From: an uncultured delta proteobacterium
GTDB taxonomy: Bacteria > Myxococcota_A > Polyangia > Haliangiales > Haliangiaceae
Reading direction: 5' to 3'
DNA: 49,329 nt
Assembly (NCBI GenBank): GCA_963772655.1
Contig: CAVYYE010000009.1
Location: 278,343-327,671 of the forward strand
Shown: one piece after another, positions 31,801-40,766 of the stretch
Position numbering within the stretch: the stretch's first letter is position 1
How the letters are laid out: each line of letters opens with the position of its first letter
The notes under the pieces: generated by a model
The model's database searches: none
What the model saw: the letters and a program-made list of their open reading frames with translations, nothing else
Told to the model about the DNA's origin: nothing
Program-made: the position numbers and the translations under genes

Positions 31801-32948
31801 TGGACGCGTGGATGACCGTGGTCTCGGCGATGGCGTTCTCGTTCACGCGCGATGTCATGGGACTCAAGCACTCGATCGCGGCGCTCGCCCGGCTGTCTCG
31901 CGACGGCTTCAAGTTCGAGCCGATCCTCGACGTGATCCGTGGCGACTACCACCGCGAACGTGGCGAGCTCGAGGCGTCGAAGGAGGCACTCGAGCGCGCG
32001 CTCGCCGCGCTACCGCCCGAGGTCAACCTGTTGCGCCAGCCCGCCCTCGCCGCCCTCGCCGAGACGTTGCTCGCCGCGGGCGACCTCGAGGCGGCCCGCG
32101 ACCACGCCGTGCGCGGACTCCAGCTGGCGAGCGACCCGGACACCGGGATGATCGCGAACCGGCTGCGCTGCCTCGGCGTGCTCGCGCTGATCGAGGCATC
32201 CAGCGGTGACCACGCGGCCGCCACCGAGCGGCTCGACGCCGCGATCGCCGAGGCCGCTCCACTCGCCAGCCCGTCGCTGTGCGGCAACCTCGAGGAGATC
32301 CGCGCGCGGGTCGCGATCCTCGCCGGAGACGAGCCCGCGTTCCGCCAGCACCTCGCCGCCACCGAGGAGTGGTTCGCGCCGACGGGAAACCCGGCGCTGA
32401 TCGCGCGCGGCAAGCGCCTCGCGCTGGCGTGGACGTCGAGCTCCAACCGCGCCGACACCGCGAGCGACGCGGTCGGAGGCGCGGCGATCGAGGCGGTCAC
32501 CGCGATCGACAGCCCCGCGCGCCGGCGCGAACGGATCGCGTCGATCTTCACGAGCTGCCGTGGCGCCCGCGAGCGTTGCGCGCGCGCGCTCGAGATCCTG
32601 CTCGAGCAGTCGTCGGGCGACGACGGGTTTCTCTACCTGGTGGCCGGTGACGAGGTCGAGCTATCCGCACAGACCAGCGTCGCGGTGCCATCGCCGGAGG
32701 TCGAGGCGGCGGTGCGACGGATCGCGACGACGGCGCTCGGGGAAGGCACGCAGACCAGCGCGCGCGATCGCCACGGCTGGCGGTACGTGCTGATCCAGCG
32801 CGACGCCCGGCTGATCGGCGTCGCCGCGATCCACGAGGGCGTGACCGGCTTCGAGTCGCCGCTCGGCGAGGTCGTCGATCAGCTCGCGCAAGCGCTCGAG
32901 GACCCCGATCACGTCGCGACCGAGGTCCTCCGCGATCCGCCGAACTGA
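28896..32948 (+). CDS. Ser/Thr protein kinase fused to an AAA/STAND ATPase, TPR-like and C-terminal GAF-like regions
   Basis: Kinase motifs (GRGGMGSVY, HRDVSPRN, DFGIL, APE) at the N-terminus, then P-loop PSGMGKTRLL, a long helical repeat region and a C-terminal sensor-like domain. 1350 aa. Confidence 0.85.
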   Translation: MSVVAGSVIGGRYHVRERLGRGGMGSVYRVTDETGGKDLALKLNEVDDRPELDHSDAELRFRREFHTMALLRHPRIVEVYDYGIDAEGPFYTMELLGGHDLREERTLSIQDTGTVVRDVASALAFVHSRRLIHRDVSPRNVRYTQDGHVKLIDFGILASPGVCPDVAGTPPFIAPENGYGLPLDHRADVFALGALTYWLLTGRHAYPARQVSELRSVWRRTPAIPSSVRSEVPPALDELVMQMLSVDPLARPRSAAEVIERIDAIVGAAPDTELEVARGYLASASFVGRQREMKRMRRYFDRVAAGGPGRAVIVEAPSGMGKTRLLREIHLEAQLRGATVIEVVGDVAGRGPYGVAAELARAVLRALPTELVTLRPHANILVRLLPELADRIDNVRPSPPHPDPAEERMRIQATLVDWLSDVARRRFLVVEVDDVQRCDEASAAALAALAHSANDLQLVLCTALRTDEPVRAHAAIAAIRDASRRLRLEGLRAEDVEELIRTMFGEVLHVGRVAHWMQQLANGSPLYCIELARLLVDREIIRYVGGEWLVPENVGEIELPRKLATALEQRIERLGGPARALAEAMSVHGGEVSLATCLALADDPDEDHLFAALDELLFHEVLLLAGAMYEFRHDGLREALSRTLDPVRRTQLHLRVAYALSGAGPVTPVLEAEIGWHLLEGGEVERAATLLERAGTRLFDTQSFFESIRPLEAALAIYEDRDSHPTACLRIKEMLVTAGLLADHSIIQRYATPTISSLFRVSGLNVALKLRFLSRPIALGLGMGVAFARWLITGLRGPSPVQALRSFILTTNAAAAAYALMLDFDSLRALVPRIRPMAVLRRRIPYAVYLLSQSLIDLALARFRQVRDNVDRILWILERDRITPISDLERATSEAVARYLRVLMLVSEQDPAYVEEMATLEKLGLRHFELGAVQARIAFHRSRGEEQEAKAHEGKADLLFIQLGSAWQMDAWMTVVSAMAFSFTRDVMGLKHSIAALARLSRDGFKFEPILDVIRGDYHRERGELEASKEALERALAALPPEVNLLRQPALAALAETLLAAGDLEAARDHAVRGLQLASDPDTGMIANRLRCLGVLALIEASSGDHAAATERLDAAIAEAAPLASPSLCGNLEEIRARVAILAGDEPAFRQHLAATEEWFAPTGNPALIARGKRLALAWTSSSNRADTASDAVGGAAIEAVTAIDSPARRRERIASIFTSCRGARERCARALEILLEQSSGDDGFLYLVAGDEVELSAQTSVAVPSPEVEAAVRRIATTALGEGTQTSARDRHGWRYVLIQRDARLIGVAAIHEGVTGFESPLGEVVDQLAQALEDPDHVATEVLRDPPN

Positions 32949-32953
32949 TCCGA

Positions 32954-34549
32954 CTACTCGCCTGTCAGACGCCGGGCCAGCTGGTCCTCGAACAGCGACG
33001 GCGGATCGAGCGTGGCGCCGCGATCGGTCCCCTCCACCCAGTCCGCGGGCTCGGCGTGCTCCGCATAGCCGAGCGACTGCTCGAGGATATCGGGATCGAC
33101 ATGCACCGTGAGATCGCGGGTACCGATCACGTAACCGGTGCCGTGCTGGAACGTGATCAGGTAGCTGTCGTCGGCGTCGCGCCCGGACACGTTCCAGAAC
33201 ACGTTCTCGCTCGCCGTGATCCCCGCGTTCGAGCTCTCCTCGTGGCGATTGAACGCGTTGAACCCGGCGGTGTCGCGCGTGCTGTCGAACAGGCTGGCGA
33301 TCGCGAGTCGGTGGTGAAACTCCGAGCGCCCCGCGATCTGCACCACGCCGTCGATCGTGTTGTCGATCGATTCGCAGCGCAGCCACACGAGGCCGCTCGA
33401 TCCGAAGTCCCAGTTCTGGATCAGGCCGTGGCGCACGTCCTCGGCGCGATCGCCGCGGAACAGCACCTCGTTCGACATCGATGCCTCGAATCCGTAGCCC
33501 GCGCCGCCACTACCGTGGTTCTGCGCGTGGGCCATCGTCGAATCGGCCACGGTGACGCGCTTGGACTGCGCGACGTAGACGCCGCCCGACTGCAGGTGGG
33601 TTCCGGCGACGTCGCGCACGAAGCAGTCGGTCACCCGCGACAGCTCGATCGCGTGGGCGCGCGGGTTGGCAGCGGCCGCCGCCGGATCGACCGCGCTGTC
33701 GATCGACAGCGATTCGATGCCGCACTCGCGCAGCGCACCGGCGTCGAGCCGCAGCGCGGCGCCGTCGCGGACACGCAACGGATAGCGAACCGGGACGTCG
33801 AACGCGATCGCGTCGCCGTCGATCGCGACGACCTCGCGGCGCAGGAACACCTTGCGCGCGCCGAGCGCGGAGTTCGGGCCGGTGTCCCACAGCCCGGCCA
33901 TGCCGTGGTCGTCGACGAAGGCTTGGGTGATCTCGATGTCGAGCAGGACGTCGTCGCCGACGGCAAACGCGCTCGGATCCGCGACCCGCACCACGTGACT
34001 GCGCGGCACCGCATCCTCGACCAGCGGGATCGCACCGCCGGTCGGTTCGGCGGCCCCCGCGAACGTGATGCTCGCGTCGCCGGCGGTGCCGGTCGCGGTG
34101 AACCGCAGGCGCGTTCCGTCGCGACTCTGGCCGCGCACCAGGATCCGCGAGGACGCGATCCGCAGGTTGGACGCGAGCAGGTAGTCGCCGTCGGGCACGA
34201 GCACGATCCCGCCGCCGGCGGCGGTCGCATCGGCGATCGCGGCGGCGAACGCGGGGGAGCTGTCGGTGGTCGCGTCCGCCACCGCGCCGTACGCGGTGAC
34301 ATCGAAGGTGGCGCCCGGCCACGTGTCCGGAAGCGCGACCTCGCTCCGGCGGTACCCCGCGTAGCTGAAGTCGTGGAGGAAGTTGCCGTCGGAATCGGTG
34401 AACGCGGGGGTCCAGTCGGTCGGATACAGCGCACTTCGCCACGGACCGGTGGGCGCGTCGTTGTCGGCATCCGGCGCGGCGGCGGGAGAATCGCCGCATC
34501 CCGCGACGAGCGCGATCGTGACAGCGAGGGACGACACGCGCGACGACAT
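32954..34549 (-). CDS. pectate-lyase-superfamily (right-handed beta-helix) lipoprotein
   Basis: Lipobox LVAGC. FDVTAYGAVADATTDSSPAFAAAIADATAAGGGIVLVPDGDY matches the Pectate_lyase_3 N-terminal signature. Confidence 0.6.
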   Translation of the reverse strand: MSSRVSSLAVTIALVAGCGDSPAAAPDADNDAPTGPWRSALYPTDWTPAFTDSDGNFLHDFSYAGYRRSEVALPDTWPGATFDVTAYGAVADATTDSSPAFAAAIADATAAGGGIVLVPDGDYLLASNLRIASSRILVRGQSRDGTRLRFTATGTAGDASITFAGAAEPTGGAIPLVEDAVPRSHVVRVADPSAFAVGDDVLLDIEITQAFVDDHGMAGLWDTGPNSALGARKVFLRREVVAIDGDAIAFDVPVRYPLRVRDGAALRLDAGALRECGIESLSIDSAVDPAAAAANPRAHAIELSRVTDCFVRDVAGTHLQSGGVYVAQSKRVTVADSTMAHAQNHGSGGAGYGFEASMSNEVLFRGDRAEDVRHGLIQNWDFGSSGLVWLRCESIDNTIDGVVQIAGRSEFHHRLAIASLFDSTRDTAGFNAFNRHEESSNAGITASENVFWNVSGRDADDSYLITFQHGTGYVIGTRDLTVHVDPDILEQSLGYAEHAEPADWVEGTDRGATLDPPSLFEDQLARRLTGE

Positions 34550-34673
34550 CGCCGGCGACTGTAGCGGCGCGGATCGCGCAGCGATCGAGAAACTGCGTGG
34601 TCGGTCGAGGTGACGAGCGGTCACGCGCGATCGATCACGACCGCTGCGCGATCGACGTGGGTCGGCGGCGCAC

Positions 34674-35051
34674 TCAGGTTCCCTCGCGCATCCGCACCAG
34701 CCGGTAGCCGGTCTTGCCGGGCATCAGGGTCTCGCTCCACCAGTCGTCGTGCTCGAAGAACCGGATCTGCACCGCCACGATCTTTCCGGCGACGAAGCGC
34801 CGCCCGACCTCCGCGAGCGACTCGGTGGTGGCCTCCGAGATCCGGGCGACCGCATCTTTGACCCGGACCTCGACCTGGGTGGCGGTGGTCGCGAGGGTCT
34901 CGAGGTGCTGCTGGACCGCCGCCGCGTCGAGTCGCTCGCGTACCAACCTCGCGGGCTTGTCGGTGGGATGCAACGCCTGCAACGATAGCGCACCGACAAA
35001 CAACACGACGAGGCCACGCAAGGCTTGCGTCCTCGGAAAAGCTCCGAGCAC
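34674..35051 (-). CDS. small secreted hypothetical protein
   Basis: Signal peptide LRGLVVLFVGALSLQA. 125 aa. Confidence 0.4.
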   Translation of the reverse strand: MLGAFPRTQALRGLVVLFVGALSLQALHPTDKPARLVRERLDAAAVQQHLETLATTATQVEVRVKDAVARISEATTESLAEVGRRFVAGKIVAVQIRFFEHDDWWSETLMPGKTGYRLVRMREGT

Positions 35052-35134
35052 CGTCTACCAGTCGTGATCGCCTGCGGATCTCGGTGCTTGCGACCGAACC
35101 TACCCGGGTCTGAAAGCTGCACTACCCCAGCGGC

Positions 35135-36976
35135 GTGCGGCGGTCTCGGAGTGAGGACGACGGTCCAGTAGTAGGTCGTTCGACCCACTGGCTCCTCGTC
35201 GGCCTCGCGCTGCTGACGTACCTCGCGAGTTGCACCGGCAACGGAGACGCTCGACCCGAGCCGACGAAGGCAGATCGCGCGGCCGTCGTCGAGCAGTCCG
35301 CGATGCACCTCCGGCATGCCAACGCGAAGCCGCCAATCGCGTGCAAGGCGTGCCACGAGCAGGTCGCCGGCGAGTACCTGCCTGCCACCAACTGGCAGTG
35401 CCAGCAGTGCCACGCGACCGAACCGATCGCGATCCACGACCGCGCGGGGGTCGATAGCCCGGCGCGCGAATGCTGGAGCTGCCACGACTTCACGTCGACG
35501 AAGGAACGCGTCACGCCGTGCATCGACTGCCACGCCAAGCCGCAGGGCGCGATCGCCGCGATCGCCCCGCACGATGCGAGCAAGCCGAACGAGGACTGCG
35601 CCACCTGCCACCGCGCACATCGCCAACCCGCCCTGGTGGCGACGAAGTGCGAGACCTGCCATCACGAACCCGTCAGCGGACACGACAAGGCCCGCAACCT
35701 GATCACCGGGTGCGCGAGCTGCCACGGCTATCACGAGAAGGCGGCGGTCGCGTCGACCCGCTGCACCAACTGCCACCGGCAATCGCGCGCGCGCGTACCG
35801 GCCACCGCGACGTTCGCCAAGGGTCACGTCAACTGCGTCACCTGCCACCGCCAGCACCGGTTCGCCAAGTCCGAGGTCCTCGCGTGCCGCGGCGAGTGCC
35901 ACGCCACGCAGGTCGCACTCGCCGAGACCAAGGTGCCGCAGCACCGCTGCACCGGATGCCACAACCAGCACGACGTCCGCGGGTCACCGGCGAAGTCGTG
36001 CGAGACCACGTGCCACGCCAAGTTGATCCCCGCGCATCCTCGCGATCGCGCGACCAAGACGCGGTGCCTGGGATGCCACGAGCCACACCGTGGGCCGGGC
36101 GCCCCGATCGCCGTCGCGTGCTCGCGATGTCACGTGGCGGCGAGCTCGGATCGCGCATTCCACCAGGGCGCGCAGAGTCGCGGACCGGAGTGCCGGAACT
36201 GCCACCAGCCGCACGCGTTCAAGAAGACCACCGCCGATGTCTCGTTGTGTCGGACCTGCCATGGCCCACAGCCGTTCCCCAACGCGAAGACGATCGTCAC
36301 GTTTGCCAAGCACGACAACTGCTTCGGGTGCCACGGCAAGACGGTCGCGCACCGGCCCGCCGGCCCGCGCGCCGAGTGCACGTCGTGCCACACCGACAAG
36401 GCCGGCAAGGTTCGCAAGGGCCACGCCCGCTGCGTCGGCTGCCACGACCCGCACACCACCAAGCAACGCTCGCCGTGCGCGACCTGCCACCCGACCGAGG
36501 CCTCGATCGCGTTCAAGGATCACCGCAACTGCATCAACTGCCACGAGCCACACGGCGGCACCCAGAAGCGCGCGTGCGGTAGTTGCCATACCAAGGAAGC
36601 CGCCACCGCCCCGGCGAAGCACCAGCAGTGTACGAACTGCCACGACCAGCACAGCACGCGCGTCAAGCGGTCATGCGGGTCGTGCCACACCGATCGAACG
36701 ACCGGCGTCCACGCGAAGCGACCGTGCCTCGACTGCCACCGGCCGCACGGCCCGCGCGGACCGGCATCACCGCCGGCGTGCACCAACTGCCACCACAACC
36801 TGCCGCTCATGCACCAGGTGCCGGCGCACAACACCTGCACGACCTGCCATCGCTCGCACGGCGAACAGCCGTACAAGCAGCGCGCGACCTGTCTGTCCTG
36901 TCACAAGGACCGCGCGAACCACAAACCGAACATGCCGCTGTGCTCGGCGTGCCACAACTTCGGAGGTGCTACGTGA
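35135..36976 (+). CDS. multiheme c-type cytochrome lipoprotein (~29 CxxCH / CxxxCH sites; doubled-CXXCH, Geobacter-type repeats)
   Basis: Lipobox LASC. 29 heme-binding motifs in 613 aa, many as CxxCHxxH units. GTG start. Confidence 0.8.
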   Translation: MRRSRSEDDGPVVGRSTHWLLVGLALLTYLASCTGNGDARPEPTKADRAAVVEQSAMHLRHANAKPPIACKACHEQVAGEYLPATNWQCQQCHATEPIAIHDRAGVDSPARECWSCHDFTSTKERVTPCIDCHAKPQGAIAAIAPHDASKPNEDCATCHRAHRQPALVATKCETCHHEPVSGHDKARNLITGCASCHGYHEKAAVASTRCTNCHRQSRARVPATATFAKGHVNCVTCHRQHRFAKSEVLACRGECHATQVALAETKVPQHRCTGCHNQHDVRGSPAKSCETTCHAKLIPAHPRDRATKTRCLGCHEPHRGPGAPIAVACSRCHVAASSDRAFHQGAQSRGPECRNCHQPHAFKKTTADVSLCRTCHGPQPFPNAKTIVTFAKHDNCFGCHGKTVAHRPAGPRAECTSCHTDKAGKVRKGHARCVGCHDPHTTKQRSPCATCHPTEASIAFKDHRNCINCHEPHGGTQKRACGSCHTKEAATAPAKHQQCTNCHDQHSTRVKRSCGSCHTDRTTGVHAKRPCLDCHRPHGPRGPASPPACTNCHHNLPLMHQVPAHNTCTTCHRSHGEQPYKQRATCLSCHKDRANHKPNMPLCSACHNFGGAT

Positions 36977-37629
36977 AGCGTTGCGTTTTGCGGTGGCTCG
37001 TCGCCGGCGCATCGATCGCCGTCGCGCTACTGGCGTGTTCTTCCCCCGTCGACGATTCCGAGGAGGCCTATCCGATGCCGCCGGAGTCGCGCGCGGTGCC
37101 CGCCGCACCGAACCCCGCTGACCAGGCACCGCTGCTGGTGCCCCCACCGTTCGAGTGCCGCGGCGTCCGCGACGACGAGCATGCGGGTGCGGAGCAGTAT
37201 CCGGTGCCGAAGCCGCCGTTCTCGTTCGGCGTGTTCCCGTGCACGCGGTGCCACGACAAACCCGACGACTTCAACCCGAAGCCGCGCCACCTGGTCTCGA
37301 TGCACCAGAACATCCAGCTCGCGCACGGCCCGCGCGAGCAGTGGTGCTACGACTGCCACAACCCGACGTACCGCGACAAGCTGCGGCTCGCCGGCGGACG
37401 GCTGGTCAGCTTCGAACGCTCGTACGAGCTGTGCGGCCAGTGCCACGGCGAGAAGCTGCGCGACTGGCGCTACGGGATCCACGGGCGCCGCATCGGGTGC
37501 TGGAACGGCCAGCGCCAGTACCTGTTGTGCGTGCACTGCCACAACCCGCACGCACCGCACTTCCGCCCGATGCATCCCAAGGCGCCGCCGGAGCGCCCCG
37601 CCGACATCCACCTCTCGAGGAGCGAGTGA
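36973..37629 (+). CDS. tetraheme c-type cytochrome lipoprotein
   Basis: GGAGGTG Shine-Dalgarno. Start overlaps the upstream stop (GTGA). Lipobox LLAC. Four CxxCH motifs (CTRCH, CYDCH, CGQCH, CVHCH). Confidence 0.7.
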   Translation: MKRCVLRWLVAGASIAVALLACSSPVDDSEEAYPMPPESRAVPAAPNPADQAPLLVPPPFECRGVRDDEHAGAEQYPVPKPPFSFGVFPCTRCHDKPDDFNPKPRHLVSMHQNIQLAHGPREQWCYDCHNPTYRDKLRLAGGRLVSFERSYELCGQCHGEKLRDWRYGIHGRRIGCWNGQRQYLLCVHCHNPHAPHFRPMHPKAPPERPADIHLSRSE

Positions 37630-38579
37630 TGACCCGACTACGCCACAAGTTGCCCGTCGTCTACGACGAGCCACCCGCCGAGCCATCCGGCGACGGCGGA
37701 GGCCAGAGCCGTCGCGCGTTCCTCCAGATGTTCGGCAAGGTCGCCGCGCTCGGCATGTTCGCCGCGTGCGACGAGGAGACCCGCGAGCGGATCTTCCGGG
37801 GCAGCTTTCGCGAGCTGTCTCCCGACGAGATCAAGCGGTACATCGCGCGCCTCGAGCGCGAGTACAAGGACACCTACGGTGTCGACGTGCGGGTCGGCGC
37901 CGAACCACCGATCGAGGGCGTGGTGTTCGCGTACGCGCTCGATCTCAGTCGCTGCATCGGGTGCCGGCGGTGCGTCCACGCCTGCGTCGAGGAGAACAAC
38001 CAGTCGCGCGATCCCGAGATCCAGTACATCACCGTGCTCGAGATGGAGAAGCGCCACGGCGTCGACCTCGAGCGCGCCAACGCCTACTACGACCCACTCC
38101 AGGTCCCGCGGCCGGGCCACTTCTATCTCCCGGTCGCCTGCCAGCAGTGCGACAACGCGCCGTGCGTGCGGGTGTGTCCCGTCGGGGCGACCTGGAAGGA
38201 GCCGGATGGCGTGGTCGTGATCGACTACGACTGGTGCATCGGCTGTCGCTACTGCATGGCGGCGTGTCCGTACGGTGCGCGCCACTTCAACTGGACCGAG
38301 CCCAAGCTCACGACCAAGGACCTCAACCCCAACACCCACGTGCTGGGCAACCGACCGCGACCCAAGGGCGTGGTCGAGAAGTGCCACTTCTGTTTGCACC
38401 GCACGCGCAACGGTCGCTATCCGGCGTGCGTCGAGACCTGTCCGGTCGGCGCGCGCAAGTTCGGCAACCTCCTCGATCCGAACGGCGAGATCCGCCGCGT
38501 GATCGACAACAAGCGGATCTTCGTCCTCAAGGAGGAGCTCGATACCAACCCGAGGTTCTTCTACTTCTACGGGGTGTAG
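37629..38579 (+). CDS. Tat-exported 4Fe-4S ferredoxin-type subunit (HybA/PsrB/ActB-like)
   Basis: Twin-arginine motif SRRAFLQ. Multiple CxxCxxCxxxCP clusters (CIGCRRCVHACV, CQQCDNAPCVRVCP, CIGCRYCMAACP, CHFCLHR). Confidence 0.8.
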   Translation: MTRLRHKLPVVYDEPPAEPSGDGGGQSRRAFLQMFGKVAALGMFAACDEETRERIFRGSFRELSPDEIKRYIARLEREYKDTYGVDVRVGAEPPIEGVVFAYALDLSRCIGCRRCVHACVEENNQSRDPEIQYITVLEMEKRHGVDLERANAYYDPLQVPRPGHFYLPVACQQCDNAPCVRVCPVGATWKEPDGVVVIDYDWCIGCRYCMAACPYGARHFNWTEPKLTTKDLNPNTHVLGNRPRPKGVVEKCHFCLHRTRNGRYPACVETCPVGARKFGNLLDPNGEIRRVIDNKRIFVLKEELDTNPRFFYFYGV

Positions 38580-38582
38580 GTC

Positions 38583-39797
38583 ATGAAGTTCGTCAAGTTC
38601 ATCGTCGACAGCGCGCGCGCCCTCCTCGGAAAGAAGGTGACGTTCTACCTCTGGCTCGGTGCGCTCGTGGTGATGCTGGCGATCGGCATCGACGCGTACG
38701 CCGATCAGTACAAGAACGGCCTGATCGAGACCAGCATGCGCGATCCGGTGTCGTGGGGGTTCTACATCGGCAACTTCACGTTCCTCGTCGGCGTCGCCGC
38801 GGCCGCCGTGGTGCTCGTGATCCCCGCCTACGTCTACGACTGGAAGCCGATCAAGGAGATCGCGCTGATCGGAGAGCTCCTCGCGATCACCGCGATCATC
38901 ATGTGCGTGATGTTCGTGACCGTCGACGTCGGCAACCCGCTACGCGTGTGGCACATGCTCCCGTTCGTCGGCTCGCCAAACTTCCCGTACTCGCTGCTGG
39001 CGTGGGACGTGGTGGTGCTGAGCCTCTACCTCCTGCTCAACCTGACGATCGCGACCCACATCATGTACCGGTCGTACCGGAACAAGCACTACAGCAAGAA
39101 GTTCGCGCTCCCGTTGATCATGTTCTCGATCCCCGCGGCCGTCGGCATCCACACGGTGACCGCGTTCCTGTTCGCCGGGCTACCGTCGCGCAGCTACTGG
39201 AATGCCGCGATCCTCGCGCCGCGGTTTCTGACCTCGGCGTTCTGCTCCGGTCCCGCGATCATCCTCGTGCTGCTCCAGATCCTGCGCCGCACGACGCGAC
39301 TCAAGGTCACCAACGAGGCGCTCTACAAGATCGCGGAGCTGATGGCGTACGCGATGTTCGTCAACCTGTTCCTGTTCGGCGCCGAGGTGTTCCGTGACTT
39401 CTACTCGTCGACGCGCGAGGTCATCCACTACCAGTACCTGTTCGGCACCGGCGAGTACTCCAACTCGCCGATCGCGATGTACGGCTGGTCGGCGTTGATC
39501 TTCAGCCTGGTCGCGTTCCTGCTGTTCCTGATCCCGCGGACGCGCAAGAACCTCGTCACCCTCAACATCGGCGCGGTGTTGATCTACTTCGGCGTCTACA
39601 TCGAGAAGGGCGTCGGCCTCGTGATCCCCGGGTTCACGCCGTCGACGCTCGGCGAGATCTATCACTACGCGCCGAGCTCGACCGAGCTGAAGGTGTCGAT
39701 GGGGATCTTCGCGTTCGGCGCGATCCTGTTCACGCTGATGGTGACCGTCGCGACCAAGTTCCTGTTCGCGAACCCCAAGCTGCAGGGCGAGCACTAG
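38583..39797 (+). CDS. NrfD/PsrC-family integral membrane (quinone-interacting) subunit
   Basis: 404 aa with about ten TM helices. Immediately downstream of the FeS subunit. Confidence 0.8.
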   Translation: MKFVKFIVDSARALLGKKVTFYLWLGALVVMLAIGIDAYADQYKNGLIETSMRDPVSWGFYIGNFTFLVGVAAAAVVLVIPAYVYDWKPIKEIALIGELLAITAIIMCVMFVTVDVGNPLRVWHMLPFVGSPNFPYSLLAWDVVVLSLYLLLNLTIATHIMYRSYRNKHYSKKFALPLIMFSIPAAVGIHTVTAFLFAGLPSRSYWNAAILAPRFLTSAFCSGPAIILVLLQILRRTTRLKVTNEALYKIAELMAYAMFVNLFLFGAEVFRDFYSSTREVIHYQYLFGTGEYSNSPIAMYGWSALIFSLVAFLLFLIPRTRKNLVTLNIGAVLIYFGVYIEKGVGLVIPGFTPSTLGEIYHYAPSSTELKVSMGIFAFGAILFTLMVTVATKFLFANPKLQGEH

Positions 39798-40732
39798 AGT
39801 GGAATCGTCGTGCGATCGCGGATCGCGATGCCCTTGCGCATCCCCTCGACGCGCAGCGTGATCTCGCCGATCGACTCGGTCGGCCGCAGGAAGTCGAGGA
39901 AGCAGTGCGTGCGCGCGACCTCGCGGGCATCGAACATCCAGAACATGCTCGCGAGTGGCGAGAGCCAGACGTGCGGTGCGGGCGTGCCGAACTCGCCGGC
40001 GAGCGAGCGCGTGATCACGCTGTGGACGTGGCTCCGCTTCTGGTGCATCTGACCGGCGAACACGTACTCGACCGCGCGCACGTAGGCGTCGCACGCCGGC
40101 GTCTTCGGCACCAGCGCGGCCGCACCGAGGTAGGCGTTGGCGCGCGCCAGCTCGGCCATGCGCTCGAACACCTGTGCGTGCGCGATGCCGTCGCGTAGCT
40201 CGGCCGACAGCCCGACGCACGCGATCGCGACCGGCAGCTCGGGGAGCTCGGTCACCGCCGCCAGCGAGACCAGATCCTCGGCCGGCGTGCCGAGCGAGAT
40301 CTCGTCGCCTTTCAGGATCGCGTCGATGCCGCCGTCGATCAGCACGATCGCGTCGATGCCGCGTCGCTCGACCAGCGCCTGGTAGGCGCGCGCGAGTGGG
40401 CGCACGCCGGTCTTGTCGAAGCTCCACACCACGTGTGGCTCGCCCGGATGCTCGGCGTCGAGCCACTTCGCGAGCCACGCCTCGGGGCAGTACACCCGCT
40501 CGGACGCCGCCGCCGCGGTGACCTCGTACAGGTTCGGGTAGTCGGGATCCTGGCGCGCGTCGAGCGCGTTCAGGTAGCTGAAGCTCAGGTTCGCGAAGTC
40601 CACCGCGACGCCCGCCGCCCGCAATTCGACCGCGAGCGGCACCGCGCCCAGCACGTCGTAGCCCCCGCCGCAGCCCGCCAGCAGCACGCGGCGCGCGCCG
40701 CCGAGATGTTCGCGCAGACGAGACTCGAGCAT
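39794..40732 (-). CDS. conserved hypothetical protein (Gly-rich LLAGCGGGYDV N-terminal motif)
   Basis: 312-aa ORF convergent with the NrfD gene. No family recognised with confidence. Confidence 0.45.
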   Translation of the reverse strand: MLESRLREHLGGARRVLLAGCGGGYDVLGAVPLAVELRAAGVAVDFANLSFSYLNALDARQDPDYPNLYEVTAAAASERVYCPEAWLAKWLDAEHPGEPHVVWSFDKTGVRPLARAYQALVERRGIDAIVLIDGGIDAILKGDEISLGTPAEDLVSLAAVTELPELPVAIACVGLSAELRDGIAHAQVFERMAELARANAYLGAAALVPKTPACDAYVRAVEYVFAGQMHQKRSHVHSVITRSLAGEFGTPAPHVWLSPLASMFWMFDAREVARTHCFLDFLRPTESIGEITLRVEGMRKGIAIRDRTTIPL

Positions 40733-40766
40733 GTCCTTATAGTGTCACAGAAACACTATCCAGCAA

